A stretch of 64,000 bases of DNA from a virus, in the IMG/VR virus record IMGVR_UViG_3300030616_000016, positions 70,561-134,560 of that record. One strand, given 5' to 3'. The position numbers were made by a program, and so were the translations under genes. Position 1 is the first letter of the stretch, and each line of letters starts with the position of its first letter. Of this stretch, positions 25,122 through 33,887 are shown one piece after another. The notes below the pieces were generated by a model. The model searched no databases. It had not been told where the DNA came from and saw only the letters and a list, made by a program, of their open reading frames with translations.

Positions 25122-26298
25122 TCAATTTCTCCTCTGATTTTGTTGATTTTTGTAGATTATATTGCATTATGTTTTTATCAAATTCTCTAATCTGTGTCTT
25201 CATTTCTTCTGATTCTTTTATAAGTTTGCTATATTTATGTTTGATAATAGCTTTAGAATGTAATAAGCCAATATGTTCAATAAGTTTATTAAATTTGTAA
25301 GCGAATCTAGTAGCTTTTGCTGGAATTTCTGTCAATGCTTCTACTTCTTGATCAGTTAGAGTTGAAGTTTTTAATTTATCAACTCTTGATTTTAATTCAT
25401 TAAGTTTACTTTGTGGTAATTTCAACTTATTTAATTGGTATTTGAAATCATCTTTGAGGAGATCTGCGAACTTTCCTTCTTTTGCTTCAAGTATATTATC
25501 AAAGAATCCTGTACCTTTCTTAGGTTCTTCTTCTATATATTTATCAAATCTAGTTACGGGTTCTTCCGGAGCACTCGCAAGTTCTTTCAGATACTCTGAA
25601 GGCTTAGGTAATGTTTTAGGTTCTTCTGTTGTTATTTTCTGTTGTAATGATCTTATCCACTCAGCACGTCCATCAAACTTGATGCTGTTTAAAGAAATAT
25701 GGTTATAATAATATTCAATAAGACAATCTGTTACATTTTTTAATATTTGTTCTTTTGGCATTTGATATATACAAGTCTTAAGACATTTTTTACTAATACT
25801 TTCCAAAACATTTTCTTTAATGTTTGGATATTCTGCTTTAATGTATTCTTTTATTAATGGAAGTCTTCTTTCAATAAGTTCATTATTTCTAAGATTATTC
25901 ATCATTAATAATATTACGATTGTTAAGCAAGTTCCAAAAATATATGGATTTATTTTGGTCTCAACTTTTGCAGCATCTCCATATAAGCTATGCCATATTA
26001 CAATAAGTTTTCCTGCTTGGATTATTGAATATACAATTAATGGGATAAATAATATGTATCCTAATGCCTCATATGCACTCATATATGGAAGTGTATTTAT
26101 ATTCATTATTGGCATTGGCTCCTTGGTTTGTGGAACATGGACATTGCTAAGTATTGATATAAGAATAAGTACAAACGAGATTATTAGTGCACAAAATAAT
26201 GACTTACTGGTTTGTATGATTTCAGATAAAAGTATTATCAATGCAAGTAATGGTAATCCAATACAAATGATTATTATAATGTATATAAGCACTACCAT
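25114..26298 (-). CDS. Polytopic membrane protein with C-terminal coiled-coil domain
   Basis: At least four hydrophobic helices in the first 130 aa. Overlaps the downstream gene by 8 nt. Confidence 0.55.
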   Translation of the reverse strand: MVVLIYIIIIICIGLPLLALIILLSEIIQTSKSLFCALIISFVLILISILSNVHVPQTKEPMPIMNINTLPYMSAYEALGYILFIPLIVYSIIQAGKLIVIWHSLYGDAAKVETKINPYIFGTCLTIVILLMMNNLRNNELIERRLPLIKEYIKAEYPNIKENVLESISKKCLKTCIYQMPKEQILKNVTDCLIEYYYNHISLNSIKFDGRAEWIRSLQQKITTEEPKTLPKPSEYLKELASAPEEPVTRFDKYIEEEPKKGTGFFDNILEAKEGKFADLLKDDFKYQLNKLKLPQSKLNELKSRVDKLKTSTLTDQEVEALTEIPAKATRFAYKFNKLIEHIGLLHSKAIIKHKYSKLIKESEEMKTQIREFDKNIMQYNLQKSTKSEEKLND

Positions 26299-26300
26299 AA

Positions 26301-27305
26301 TTATCTCATTAAATATAGATTGCGTAGTTCATCTCTATCATAAAACACATTACGGATTTCTTGTCTAATATTATAGTCTTGAAATATTCTATCATAAAAA
26401 CTAGTAGTATCTCCACCAAGAAATTCTATTGCATCATTTATTGGTTGAGTTGTATTATGGTCTGGAGTAATTCCAATTCCTTCTTTCTCGACTCCATATA
26501 TATCATATATAATTCCTGCTGTGTAATTGAATCCATCGCCTCTATAAAACTTATATGCTTGTACGGCTCTAAAAGCACCAAATGTTTTAGAGCCAAATAT
26601 TGTAGCTTCTGAATAGTATTTCATTGCTGAAACAAATATTTCTGCGAATTGAAATGTACAAGCACTCGTAAGTATACACATATTATTTTTATGAAGCCAT
26701 GTATTTTCTGTTTGCACAGACATATCTGCAAAATCACTAAACGCAAATGCTGTATTATTAATTGCTGCAACTAATTCATTAGAATAAGTTTTGTGAGTAA
26801 ATCCAGCAAGCAGTTTTATGTATTCGCCTAATCCGCCATTATTACAATATCTAAGATCGAGAATTAAAGAATTGCATTCGAATTCATACATGTAATGGTT
26901 GACATTAAGCATAACAGTTTCTGCCATTCCAGCAGACATTTTATCTACAGATATATATAATATATCTGGTTCAATTTTATATATTTTTAATGTTCCTGAT
27001 GCTTCATTATCTGATATGGCTGCTTCCATTTCTTCGCTGTTTATATACCTTGTATATAAATCTGTTTCAGAACGGAGTCTATTTATATATGATTCTAAAG
27101 TATCTGAAGTTAAAGGTGGTTGAACGTTTCCATAAATATAGCCTTGTGATAATACCGAATATGCTTCTTGTAGATATTCTTCATCTACGTTTGTAATTTG
27201 ATTTTCTGTATTTGGATTGCTACTATTTCCTCCTCCTCCACAGCCATTACAAAATATAATTATGATACATAATATGAACAAATTAATTTTGATATTTTTT
27301 ATCAA
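26301..27305 (-). CDS. Lipoprotein, S41 (C-terminal processing peptidase)-like domain
   Basis: Signal and lipobox LFILCIIIIFCNGC|GGGG. LILDLRYCNNGGLGEY resembles the S41 DLR-x-N-x-GG motif. GSKTFGAF aligns with the G-x-x-T-x-G-K region but lacks the Lys. TTG start with an AAGAGG RBS. Confidence 0.45.
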   Translation of the reverse strand: MIKNIKINLFILCIIIIFCNGCGGGGNSSNPNTENQITNVDEEYLQEAYSVLSQGYIYGNVQPPLTSDTLESYINRLRSETDLYTRYINSEEMEAAISDNEASGTLKIYKIEPDILYISVDKMSAGMAETVMLNVNHYMYEFECNSLILDLRYCNNGGLGEYIKLLAGFTHKTYSNELVAAINNTAFAFSDFADMSVQTENTWLHKNNMCILTSACTFQFAEIFVSAMKYYSEATIFGSKTFGAFRAVQAYKFYRGDGFNYTAGIIYDIYGVEKEGIGITPDHNTTQPINDAIEFLGGDTTSFYDRIFQDYNIRQEIRNVFYDRDELRNLYLMR

Positions 27306-27428
27306 GACTACCTCTTTCTGTTTAATAATGGTTGTAATGAATAGGAAAGTCTCTGGTAAGGCAAAAGGATGAAGAGCACGAGGGCTCTTTGGGGGAAGTC
27401 GAAAATTCTCACCAGAGACGGGATATAT

Positions 27429-28220
27429 TTAGAAATCAGTTGATTTTGCGGTTCTCATACCGCGAGCCATCATTTCTTTCACAAAGTCTTCTCCAAGACT
27501 TTCGAAGGTCGCTACATTTGAAGTTGTATCTTCAATTAATACAAACTTCTTAATATTCTCATCGCCGAAGTTATCAGCAATGTCTCTTACTGTATTTGCA
27601 ACACAGTGTGACAGAGCTTCTCCAGTTATGAGAATATCGTCTGCTTCCAGTAGGCTATCAAGAAGATTGCCATTAAGTCTTGTAGTAGGGTCAGACGGGT
27701 CTTCTACATCGGCTTTTACTGCTGAGTAGTGTTCTGTAAAAGGATTAGACCCTTTAGTAACATAGTCAATCATAGCAAACTGATTTTCCCACTCAGTTAT
27801 TGCTTCGAACACATTAGCATCGATTGAATGTCCTTGCGAACCAATAAGACAATGTGGCCGCCAGATGCAGAGAACATATCTGCCATTGTCTTCAAGTGTT
27901 TTTGTATAATCTGAAGCTTTCTGTTGAAGAGCTGGGTTATAGGAATGCCAGACACCATTTTTTACATCATCATGGGATATTACTGTAAATGGGTTTGGAT
28001 GTTTACCATCTTTATCAACCCAGAATATAGGATGTGCAATATGAATGGTTCTGTGAGAATCCATTGTAATATGGATATCATCTAATCCGTCTTTCATTCT
28101 GTTGACCATTTCTGCAAGACGTTTCATATCCTCATCTGCTCTAGGAACAACTAGGGCTCCTTTTGGATTACAGAAGTCATATTGAGGATCAATAGCAAGA
28201 AGATGAGTTTTCTTGTTCAT
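27429..28220 (-). CDS. pncA: Nicotinamidase / isochorismatase-family cysteine hydrolase
   Basis: LLAIDPQYDFCNPKGALVV (catalytic Asp region), MDSHRTIHIAHP (metal-binding D-x-H...H), ITGEALSHCVANTV (catalytic Cys). Confidence 0.7.
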   Translation of the reverse strand: MNKKTHLLAIDPQYDFCNPKGALVVPRADEDMKRLAEMVNRMKDGLDDIHITMDSHRTIHIAHPIFWVDKDGKHPNPFTVISHDDVKNGVWHSYNPALQQKASDYTKTLEDNGRYVLCIWRPHCLIGSQGHSIDANVFEAITEWENQFAMIDYVTKGSNPFTEHYSAVKADVEDPSDPTTRLNGNLLDSLLEADDILITGEALSHCVANTVRDIADNFGDENIKKFVLIEDTTSNVATFESLGEDFVKEMMARGMRTAKSTDF

Positions 28221-28239
28221 AATTGCTGACCTTTCTTAG

Positions 28240-29895
28240 TTATTTTTTAATACTGATAGAGAACATTTCTTTATCCTCTGTAAAGTATACACTGGTACCA
28301 TCAGTGTATAGTGGCATTGATGAGTCTATCGGCGGATTAGTAATAATGCGTTTTTGATTATCTTTAGAGATCTCAATCTTTTGATCGCTAAATACATCAA
28401 TGCAAACTCCATTATTAAGAACAATGAAATTGATATTATCAACATCGCGCTCTTCTTTGTCTAGCAGAATACCTTTATTTTCTTTGCTGCATAGTTTGAA
28501 TCGGAATCTATAATATTTACCAGATTCTTCTGCTATGCATACTAGAATTCCTCTGCTATGTTTTGCATTGATTATTCTAAGTCCATGGAGTTCCTCAATA
28601 GGACCTAGAAAACTACCAGAATCTTCTAATGGCGCATATGCCCAACATTTGTCTAGGAAGTTGCTAATTACTACTCCACTAAACATTTGATTCATAGTAC
28701 CAAGATTTTGGGATGGATTCGAGCATGCCGCGCTCTTATTCCCCATATTTTTTGCATATACCTCATATACTGAGGCGCCGTTTCTGCAAAATATACTACC
28801 ATTGTATATCATGGCTTTGTCTGCGGCAAATTTACCTGGTATATCCGTTTCTATTTCTACACAGCCATTATCAATTATGCCTAACACAGGGTCAGGAGAT
28901 AGATTGCATAGAAATGCCTTTTTATTGGATATATCCTTAAATATGGATTTACCACAGTATATTGCCTTATCCGTAAATGTATAGAAAATACCATTTAGGA
29001 ATTGTATTGATTTAATCGGCTCATTGTACTTATACATTGATTTAATGTCAAAATTTGCTGTGCTTCTTATAGTCTTTTGAACCATAGCTATATTAATTGT
29101 AGCGTCAGGTTTAGGTGGAGCGCTGCGTTTATTCTCAATGAATATTGACTTAAACCACTCCATATGAGCTTTAGGAATAACTGAGAAGTCTTGACATACG
29201 GATGGAATGGTAACCTTACTATCAAATACGGATATACCATCATCCATTCGCTTAGTAAATTCTCTTGGTTTATAGTCTGGGTGTTTACCCTTATAAGGAT
29301 GGATACCAACATAAAGCTGAAATGCTATTACTGCAAACGAGAACCAATCGCTTAGTTCTGTGAACTTTTTGGCTAAGCGGTCTCTTATTGAATCCATAAT
29401 AGCATTAGCTGGAAATGACTTTGTCTGATAACTGTCAACGTCAATAAAGTAAGGTACTTTATGACCTTTGTCTATCAGAAAGTTCATTTCATTCATATCT
29501 ACTATCAGGCATTGTTTAGAATGAATGTGCTCGACCGTGTCTTGTATATTGCGCACAATTTCTAATACTTGATTAGGAGATATATTATTATCTTTTCTGT
29601 ACTGCTTAGTAAAGAGCTTGCATAGAGCACTTGTCTCTTTAATATACTTCATTGTATATCCGATGACATTGCTTGTCTTTTTATCGCAAACAATATCTTC
29701 CGGTTTGATAACATTGCCGGCTGTTATATAGCCAAGCTCTTCAATCTTTCTTAATGGTATCATATGCTTGATATCATTATAAATCTTGAAGGCAATATTG
29801 TCTTTTTTATATACAGAACCTTGACCACCAGATGCAATAAAATCATTGTCTTTCAGGTCAAATGAAGCCTTTGTTCTATTTACAATGACTCTCAT
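28240..29895 (-). CDS. Ser/Thr protein kinase with large C-terminal domain
   Basis: IASGGQGSVYKKDNIAFKIY (Gly-rich loop and Lys). HSKQCLIVDMNEMNFLI (catalytic-loop D..N). FIDVDSY (DFG-equivalent). Confidence 0.7.
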   Translation of the reverse strand: MRVIVNRTKASFDLKDNDFIASGGQGSVYKKDNIAFKIYNDIKHMIPLRKIEELGYITAGNVIKPEDIVCDKKTSNVIGYTMKYIKETSALCKLFTKQYRKDNNISPNQVLEIVRNIQDTVEHIHSKQCLIVDMNEMNFLIDKGHKVPYFIDVDSYQTKSFPANAIMDSIRDRLAKKFTELSDWFSFAVIAFQLYVGIHPYKGKHPDYKPREFTKRMDDGISVFDSKVTIPSVCQDFSVIPKAHMEWFKSIFIENKRSAPPKPDATINIAMVQKTIRSTANFDIKSMYKYNEPIKSIQFLNGIFYTFTDKAIYCGKSIFKDISNKKAFLCNLSPDPVLGIIDNGCVEIETDIPGKFAADKAMIYNGSIFCRNGASVYEVYAKNMGNKSAACSNPSQNLGTMNQMFSGVVISNFLDKCWAYAPLEDSGSFLGPIEELHGLRIINAKHSRGILVCIAEESGKYYRFRFKLCSKENKGILLDKEERDVDNINFIVLNNGVCIDVFSDQKIEISKDNQKRIITNPPIDSSMPLYTDGTSVYFTEDKEMFSISIKK

Positions 29896-30731
29896 GGCTT
29901 ATCCTTAAGCAGTGTAGCACATGCTATATCATCAAAGTGCTTATTGTTTATTTTGGAATCCATGATGCGTATTTTCTTCATTCTTCTTTTTACAAACTCT
30001 CCTTTGAAGGTTTTATATACAGTCATTCGTATAGCGTTATCAAGCACACTTGTATTTTCAAAAGAGCTTATACCATCAGTGAACAGGCTTATGCTCATTC
30101 CTTCTGCCATTGGCGCACTAGACATTATGTATGGCTCGAACATGGGGATTGTAGAGCTCTTAAAGTCTTCGTCTGGGTTATATGACAATACTGTTTTTTC
30201 TGGATTGCCCAATATATCCATAGTATTCATATAGTCTTTAATCTTTTCATCTTCCATGCGATATGCAAGATAGTATGGCATGTTAGATGTATATGATATT
30301 TCTTCAATACGAATCCATGGATTTGGGTCATTCGCTCTATCAAAACCATCATTAAAGACAACTACTCCATCTCCCCATACTGCTATGCCAAATCCCTCAT
30401 TATTGGCTATTACTACCATAAGCGTGGCATAGAATGTCTGGATGTCAAGACAAAGAGCTATTGCTACTTTTGATAGCGCTCCCAACACTTTATTTTCAAA
30501 TGAACAAAGAGCAGTTGATAATGTCTTGTGTCCAAACATAACTATTGAGCTTCTTAATGCTTGTTCTGCAGCAATTCCAAGTATTTTTGCACCAAGGTCT
30601 GTGTTTTGTGCAGAAGAACAGCCGTCACAGACGATACCATAGGAATAACCATAGATATCGCCTGTGATAGCATAATCTTCACACATATCATGACTGGCAC
30701 CAATTTCTACAAAACTATCTTTCTGTATCAT
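29892..30731 (-). CDS. PP2C-family protein phosphatase
   Basis: IGASHDMCEDYA, VCDGCSSAQNTDLGAKI, LFTDGISSF. This is the PP2C_2-type pattern. Overlaps the kinase start by 4 nt. Confidence 0.65.
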   Translation of the reverse strand: MIQKDSFVEIGASHDMCEDYAITGDIYGYSYGIVCDGCSSAQNTDLGAKILGIAAEQALRSSIVMFGHKTLSTALCSFENKVLGALSKVAIALCLDIQTFYATLMVVIANNEGFGIAVWGDGVVVFNDGFDRANDPNPWIRIEEISYTSNMPYYLAYRMEDEKIKDYMNTMDILGNPEKTVLSYNPDEDFKSSTIPMFEPYIMSSAPMAEGMSISLFTDGISSFENTSVLDNAIRMTVYKTFKGEFVKRRMKKIRIMDSKINNKHFDDIACATLLKDKP

Positions 30732-30747
30732 TGGTACTCCCAGTCAT

Positions 30748-31497
30748 TTAGAAGTTAAGAATTGAAGATGCCGAGCCGGATCCAAGAGACTGTGATTGTG
30801 AGGATATGCTTTGACTCACAAATTCAGCCAGCTTTGCAAGCTTGGATGGAGTAGCTTCTCCGACAGATACGTATTTATCAAGGTTTGCATTATCCTTGAA
30901 TGTAGTCAAGAAATTCTTGACTGCAGGATCTTTATCAATCCCGATAAGAACCGTAATAATTGATTCGAGGCTTTCTTCTCTTGTGATATCATCTACTAAC
31001 GTAGCAACTTGTACTGGCGCATTATTTGATTGATTATCAGCGCCATCTGTAATGATAAATACAATTGCATTTGTTAGGAGATCTACTTTATCATACATCT
31101 GCTTGCTATACTGATGTGTTGCTTCGATGCCTTCATATGTTGCATCAAATAATGCAGTTGTACCGCCTGTACGGATGATATTAGAGTATTCATCATCACT
31201 AATATCACTTAGGAGGCGGAAACCATGCATTTCGTTCAGATTAGCATTGAATGTAGTGAAGCGAACCATTAAGTTTTCTGCACGTGGAGACTTTTTGCAT
31301 GATTCGATTACAGTTTTCAGCATATCCTCAATATCATCTTTGTATGGAGACACTGAAGAAGATACGTCGATAATAATTGAAACGAGTGTATATTCAGAAG
31401 CACCTAGTTCATCAAGCTTTACAGCACTGAATCTGAAGTTTGATGCAGTCTGCATACTGGTTATGTTTGCAAGATCTTTATCCATTAATCTTGGCAT
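30748..31497 (-). CDS. von Willebrand factor A (vWA) domain protein, TerY-like
   Basis: MIDAS residues: IIIDVSSSVS (DxSxS), GGTTALFDA (Thr), FIITDGADN (Asp). Confidence 0.75.
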   Translation of the reverse strand: MPRLMDKDLANITSMQTASNFRFSAVKLDELGASEYTLVSIIIDVSSSVSPYKDDIEDMLKTVIESCKKSPRAENLMVRFTTFNANLNEMHGFRLLSDISDDEYSNIIRTGGTTALFDATYEGIEATHQYSKQMYDKVDLLTNAIVFIITDGADNQSNNAPVQVATLVDDITREESLESIITVLIGIDKDPAVKNFLTTFKDNANLDKYVSVGEATPSKLAKLAEFVSQSISSQSQSLGSGSASSILNF

Positions 31498-31499
31498 GG

Positions 31500-32486
31500 T
31501 TATTTCCTTTCTTTGTTAAGCCTGTTTCCTTCTCCTAAATGCATAAGGGGAAGCGGTTTAGGGCTATCACCATTTAGGAAGTATACCTTGGTAGCCGGGT
31601 CTTTTGTAATTGTACCTAGTGCTTTAAGTGCTTCAAGCTGGATATATGCAGGATTATTTGCAATAGCATCGTTAACTTTCTGAATTTCATATGCTTTTGC
31701 GTCTGCAAGGATCTTCTGTTTTTCTGCTGAAAGCATTGCGGCGTCTTTATCTGCCTGAGCAGTTTTAACTTTCTTCTGCTGTTCAGTCTCAAACCTGCGC
31801 AACTCTGCTTTCTCACGTTCAGCTTCCTGCTCGCGTTTCTTCTTACTCTCAACACCTTGCTGGATTGTGTTGGGAAGTTGAATATTTCTAATGAGAACAG
31901 CTTCAACATCAAGGCCCTTTGGTGCAACGTATTCTTTAATTGAAGTAAGAAGATTTGCCTGCATCTTTTGCTGAATTTCTTCCCTAAAGAATGACTCTGC
32001 AGTTTTCACACTTTTACCTTGTTCTCGCAATAAGCTTCGGAACTTGGGTAACATGTGTACTTCCATAAGGTCTTTAGGATTACCGGTTTCTTGCAGAATG
32101 TCTGGAGCCATAGACTTGATAATTCGATACTGACAGCTTACATCGAATGTCGTAACAAGCTGGTCCATACTTGGGATGGGAACCTGGCTCATTGTAATAC
32201 TTTTCTGACGACAATCGAATTCTTCCCAATCATACAAAGGATTGGTAAGGTGAATGCCTGCTTCATAGGGCTGATCAACGACTTTACCAAAGAATGTAGC
32301 TACTCCAATATGTCCTGGAGGTATTGAGATAACACATGAAGCGATGAGAGTAATAGCGCCGACGGCTCCTACCAGTAGACCGCCAAGAATATAAGGACGC
32401 CTTTTTTCTTCTGATTTAGCCATAAGACCATATACAAACACCAACAAACCGATTAATGCAATTATAATACCAAGAGCAAGTATCAT
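31500..32486 (-). CDS. SPFH/Band-7 (prohibitin/HflK/C-like) membrane protein
   Basis: Two N-terminal TM helices, then IPPGHIGVATFFGKVVDQPYEAGIHLTNPLYDW and a C-terminal Lys/Glu/Ala coiled coil. Confidence 0.75.
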   Translation of the reverse strand: MILALGIIIALIGLLVFVYGLMAKSEEKRRPYILGGLLVGAVGAITLIASCVISIPPGHIGVATFFGKVVDQPYEAGIHLTNPLYDWEEFDCRQKSITMSQVPIPSMDQLVTTFDVSCQYRIIKSMAPDILQETGNPKDLMEVHMLPKFRSLLREQGKSVKTAESFFREEIQQKMQANLLTSIKEYVAPKGLDVEAVLIRNIQLPNTIQQGVESKKKREQEAEREKAELRRFETEQQKKVKTAQADKDAAMLSAEKQKILADAKAYEIQKVNDAIANNPAYIQLEALKALGTITKDPATKVYFLNGDSPKPLPLMHLGEGNRLNKERK

Positions 32487-32508
32487 ATTACTACCTTTCT
32501 AAATCAAA

Positions 32509-32646
32509 TTACTTTTTAGTATATATACCAATGAAACCATTCCACTGGTAATTTTTGTACTTAATACCACAAATGAATCCAAACAATAGTGTAGATAGAA
32601 CAACAAAGCCTATCATTATTAAAGTAGCTTTTGCTAATTGTTTCAT
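32509..32646 (-). CDS. Small membrane protein (45 aa), not in ORF track
   Basis: MKQLAKATLIMIGFVVLSTLLFGFICGIKYKNYQWNGFIGIYTKK, directly upstream of the SPFH gene. Confidence 0.35.
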   Translation of the reverse strand: MKQLAKATLIMIGFVVLSTLLFGFICGIKYKNYQWNGFIGIYTKK

Positions 32647-32921
32647 TCTACACCTCTATAATAAGTAAGTTTCCGTATAGCAGCCAACTCCTGGGGAAAT
32701 CGACATTAGGAAAGCATGTCGACTAACTATATGTCTCCATATAGAACAGGTGAAACGTTGGTTTCTCGATTAACTTTCACCTTTCAGCTGTCAACTTTCA
32801 AATCCTGAACTTTGAATTTTAAAGTTTGAGCTTTGAAGGGCTAAGTTTAGTTCGTATTATGAGTACGATACGTAATTCCTATTTTCTTTTCTCCCTCTTC
32901 GCTATGGAAAACTTATTGTAT

Positions 32922-33440
32922 TTATTCTATTGTAATAGTAGTCGTTGCATTGATCATTGACAGCTTACCGTCAATTTCATCTTCAATTTCGCCAAGCTCT
33001 TCCAGTTTCTTATGAACACTTGGTGCATCGACACTGATGACAAGTCCCGCACTGTCTTTGTCGAAGCTGTTGTTCATCGATTCTTCTTGCTTTACATGGC
33101 TATAAACTTGCATATATGAAGTTTTAATTGAAGGGAGAGTTTCTCTTCTCCAAATTAGCCATTCTGCAATTGTCATTTCATAATTGCCAATTTTAACAAC
33201 AGTTGCTTCATTTGCAAGCTGAATTGCCATTCTGATGTTCTTTTTGCGTTCGGCAAGATCAGTGATTGTTTGCATTGTATCTTGCACGAATTTTGCTGAT
33301 CCGCCTTCATTTTCGTATGGATCCTTAAATTTCTCATTCCTTATAGAAACATCAATAACTGCTTTAGTTTTCTTGTTAATCTTATTATTGATGAGTTTAA
33401 TTTCTGCGAGCCCTTCCGTAATAGTCATGTTTGATTCCAT
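32922..33440 (-). CDS. DIP1984-family-like protein
   Basis: The GAGGAAAGG RBS precedes the MESN initiator at 33440; the family-like architecture begins at MTITEGLAEIKLINNKINKK. LAERKKNIRMAIQLANEATVV...TIAEWLIWRRETLP...EEIDGKLSMINATTTI matches the family architecture as recalled. Confidence 0.55.
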   Translation of the reverse strand: MESNMTITEGLAEIKLINNKINKKTKAVIDVSIRNEKFKDPYENEGGSAKFVQDTMQTITDLAERKKNIRMAIQLANEATVVKIGNYEMTIAEWLIWRRETLPSIKTSYMQVYSHVKQEESMNNSFDKDSAGLVISVDAPSVHKKLEELGEIEDEIDGKLSMINATTTITIE

Positions 33441-33636
33441 GCTGAACCTTTCCTCTCTATTAATTTGTTTTAACCAAAAATTCACCAAACAACACAACTT
33501 GCTTATTAAATGATAATTAGATAGTTACTTAGATAATCAAATTATTTGATAGATCGGTAACATATCTCAATTATGCAATTTTTTGGTAATATATGTATAT
33601 CACTGTGCCTTAAAATGAGTACCTATTATCGTTTAT

Positions 33637-33883
33637 CAAGGTGCATTCGTAAGACCCCTGGCTTTAGCCATGGGGATATAAGAATGCGTTTTTCTCTTGA
33701 CATTTACAGAAATCTGTGCTATACTTTTGCTAATGATCGAAAACCAAGATCATTGGCAAAGAATTTAGATACCGCAGGGCATGCGGAAATTTACGCCTTT
33801 GGAGAAGATGTAAGACTTGTCTGCTTGAAAGCAGTCTTCAGTGAATTAGGAAGCCCCCGCCTTTAGGCGTGGGGTAATGTCAC
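33637..33883 (+). mobile_element. Non-autonomous miniature derivative (MITE/PATE-like) of the tnpB element, 247 bp
   Basis: The first ~97 nt match the IS LE with one mismatch. The last ~41 nt and an internal 22-nt block (gcctttggagaagatgtaagac) match the IS RE and tnpB 3' end. Preceded by TTAT. Track ORF 33573-33866 is an artefact of this element. Confidence 0.8.
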
Positions 33884-33887
33884 CTGA

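Noticed and set aside
32647-32921. A structured non-coding RNA in the 275-nt spacer, which contains several short hairpins and CTTTGAA/TTCAAAG-type repeats.
   Set aside because: The hairpins are short (5-7 bp) and AT-rich, as expected by chance in this composition. No conserved family signature was recognised. The region is most simply a terminator/promoter spacer.
33573-33866. The 97-aa plus-strand ORF.
   Set aside because: It lies entirely within the miniature tnpB-element copy. Its MRFSLDIYRNLCYT string is the same left-end DNA that artificially extends the TnpB ORF at 23067-23117.
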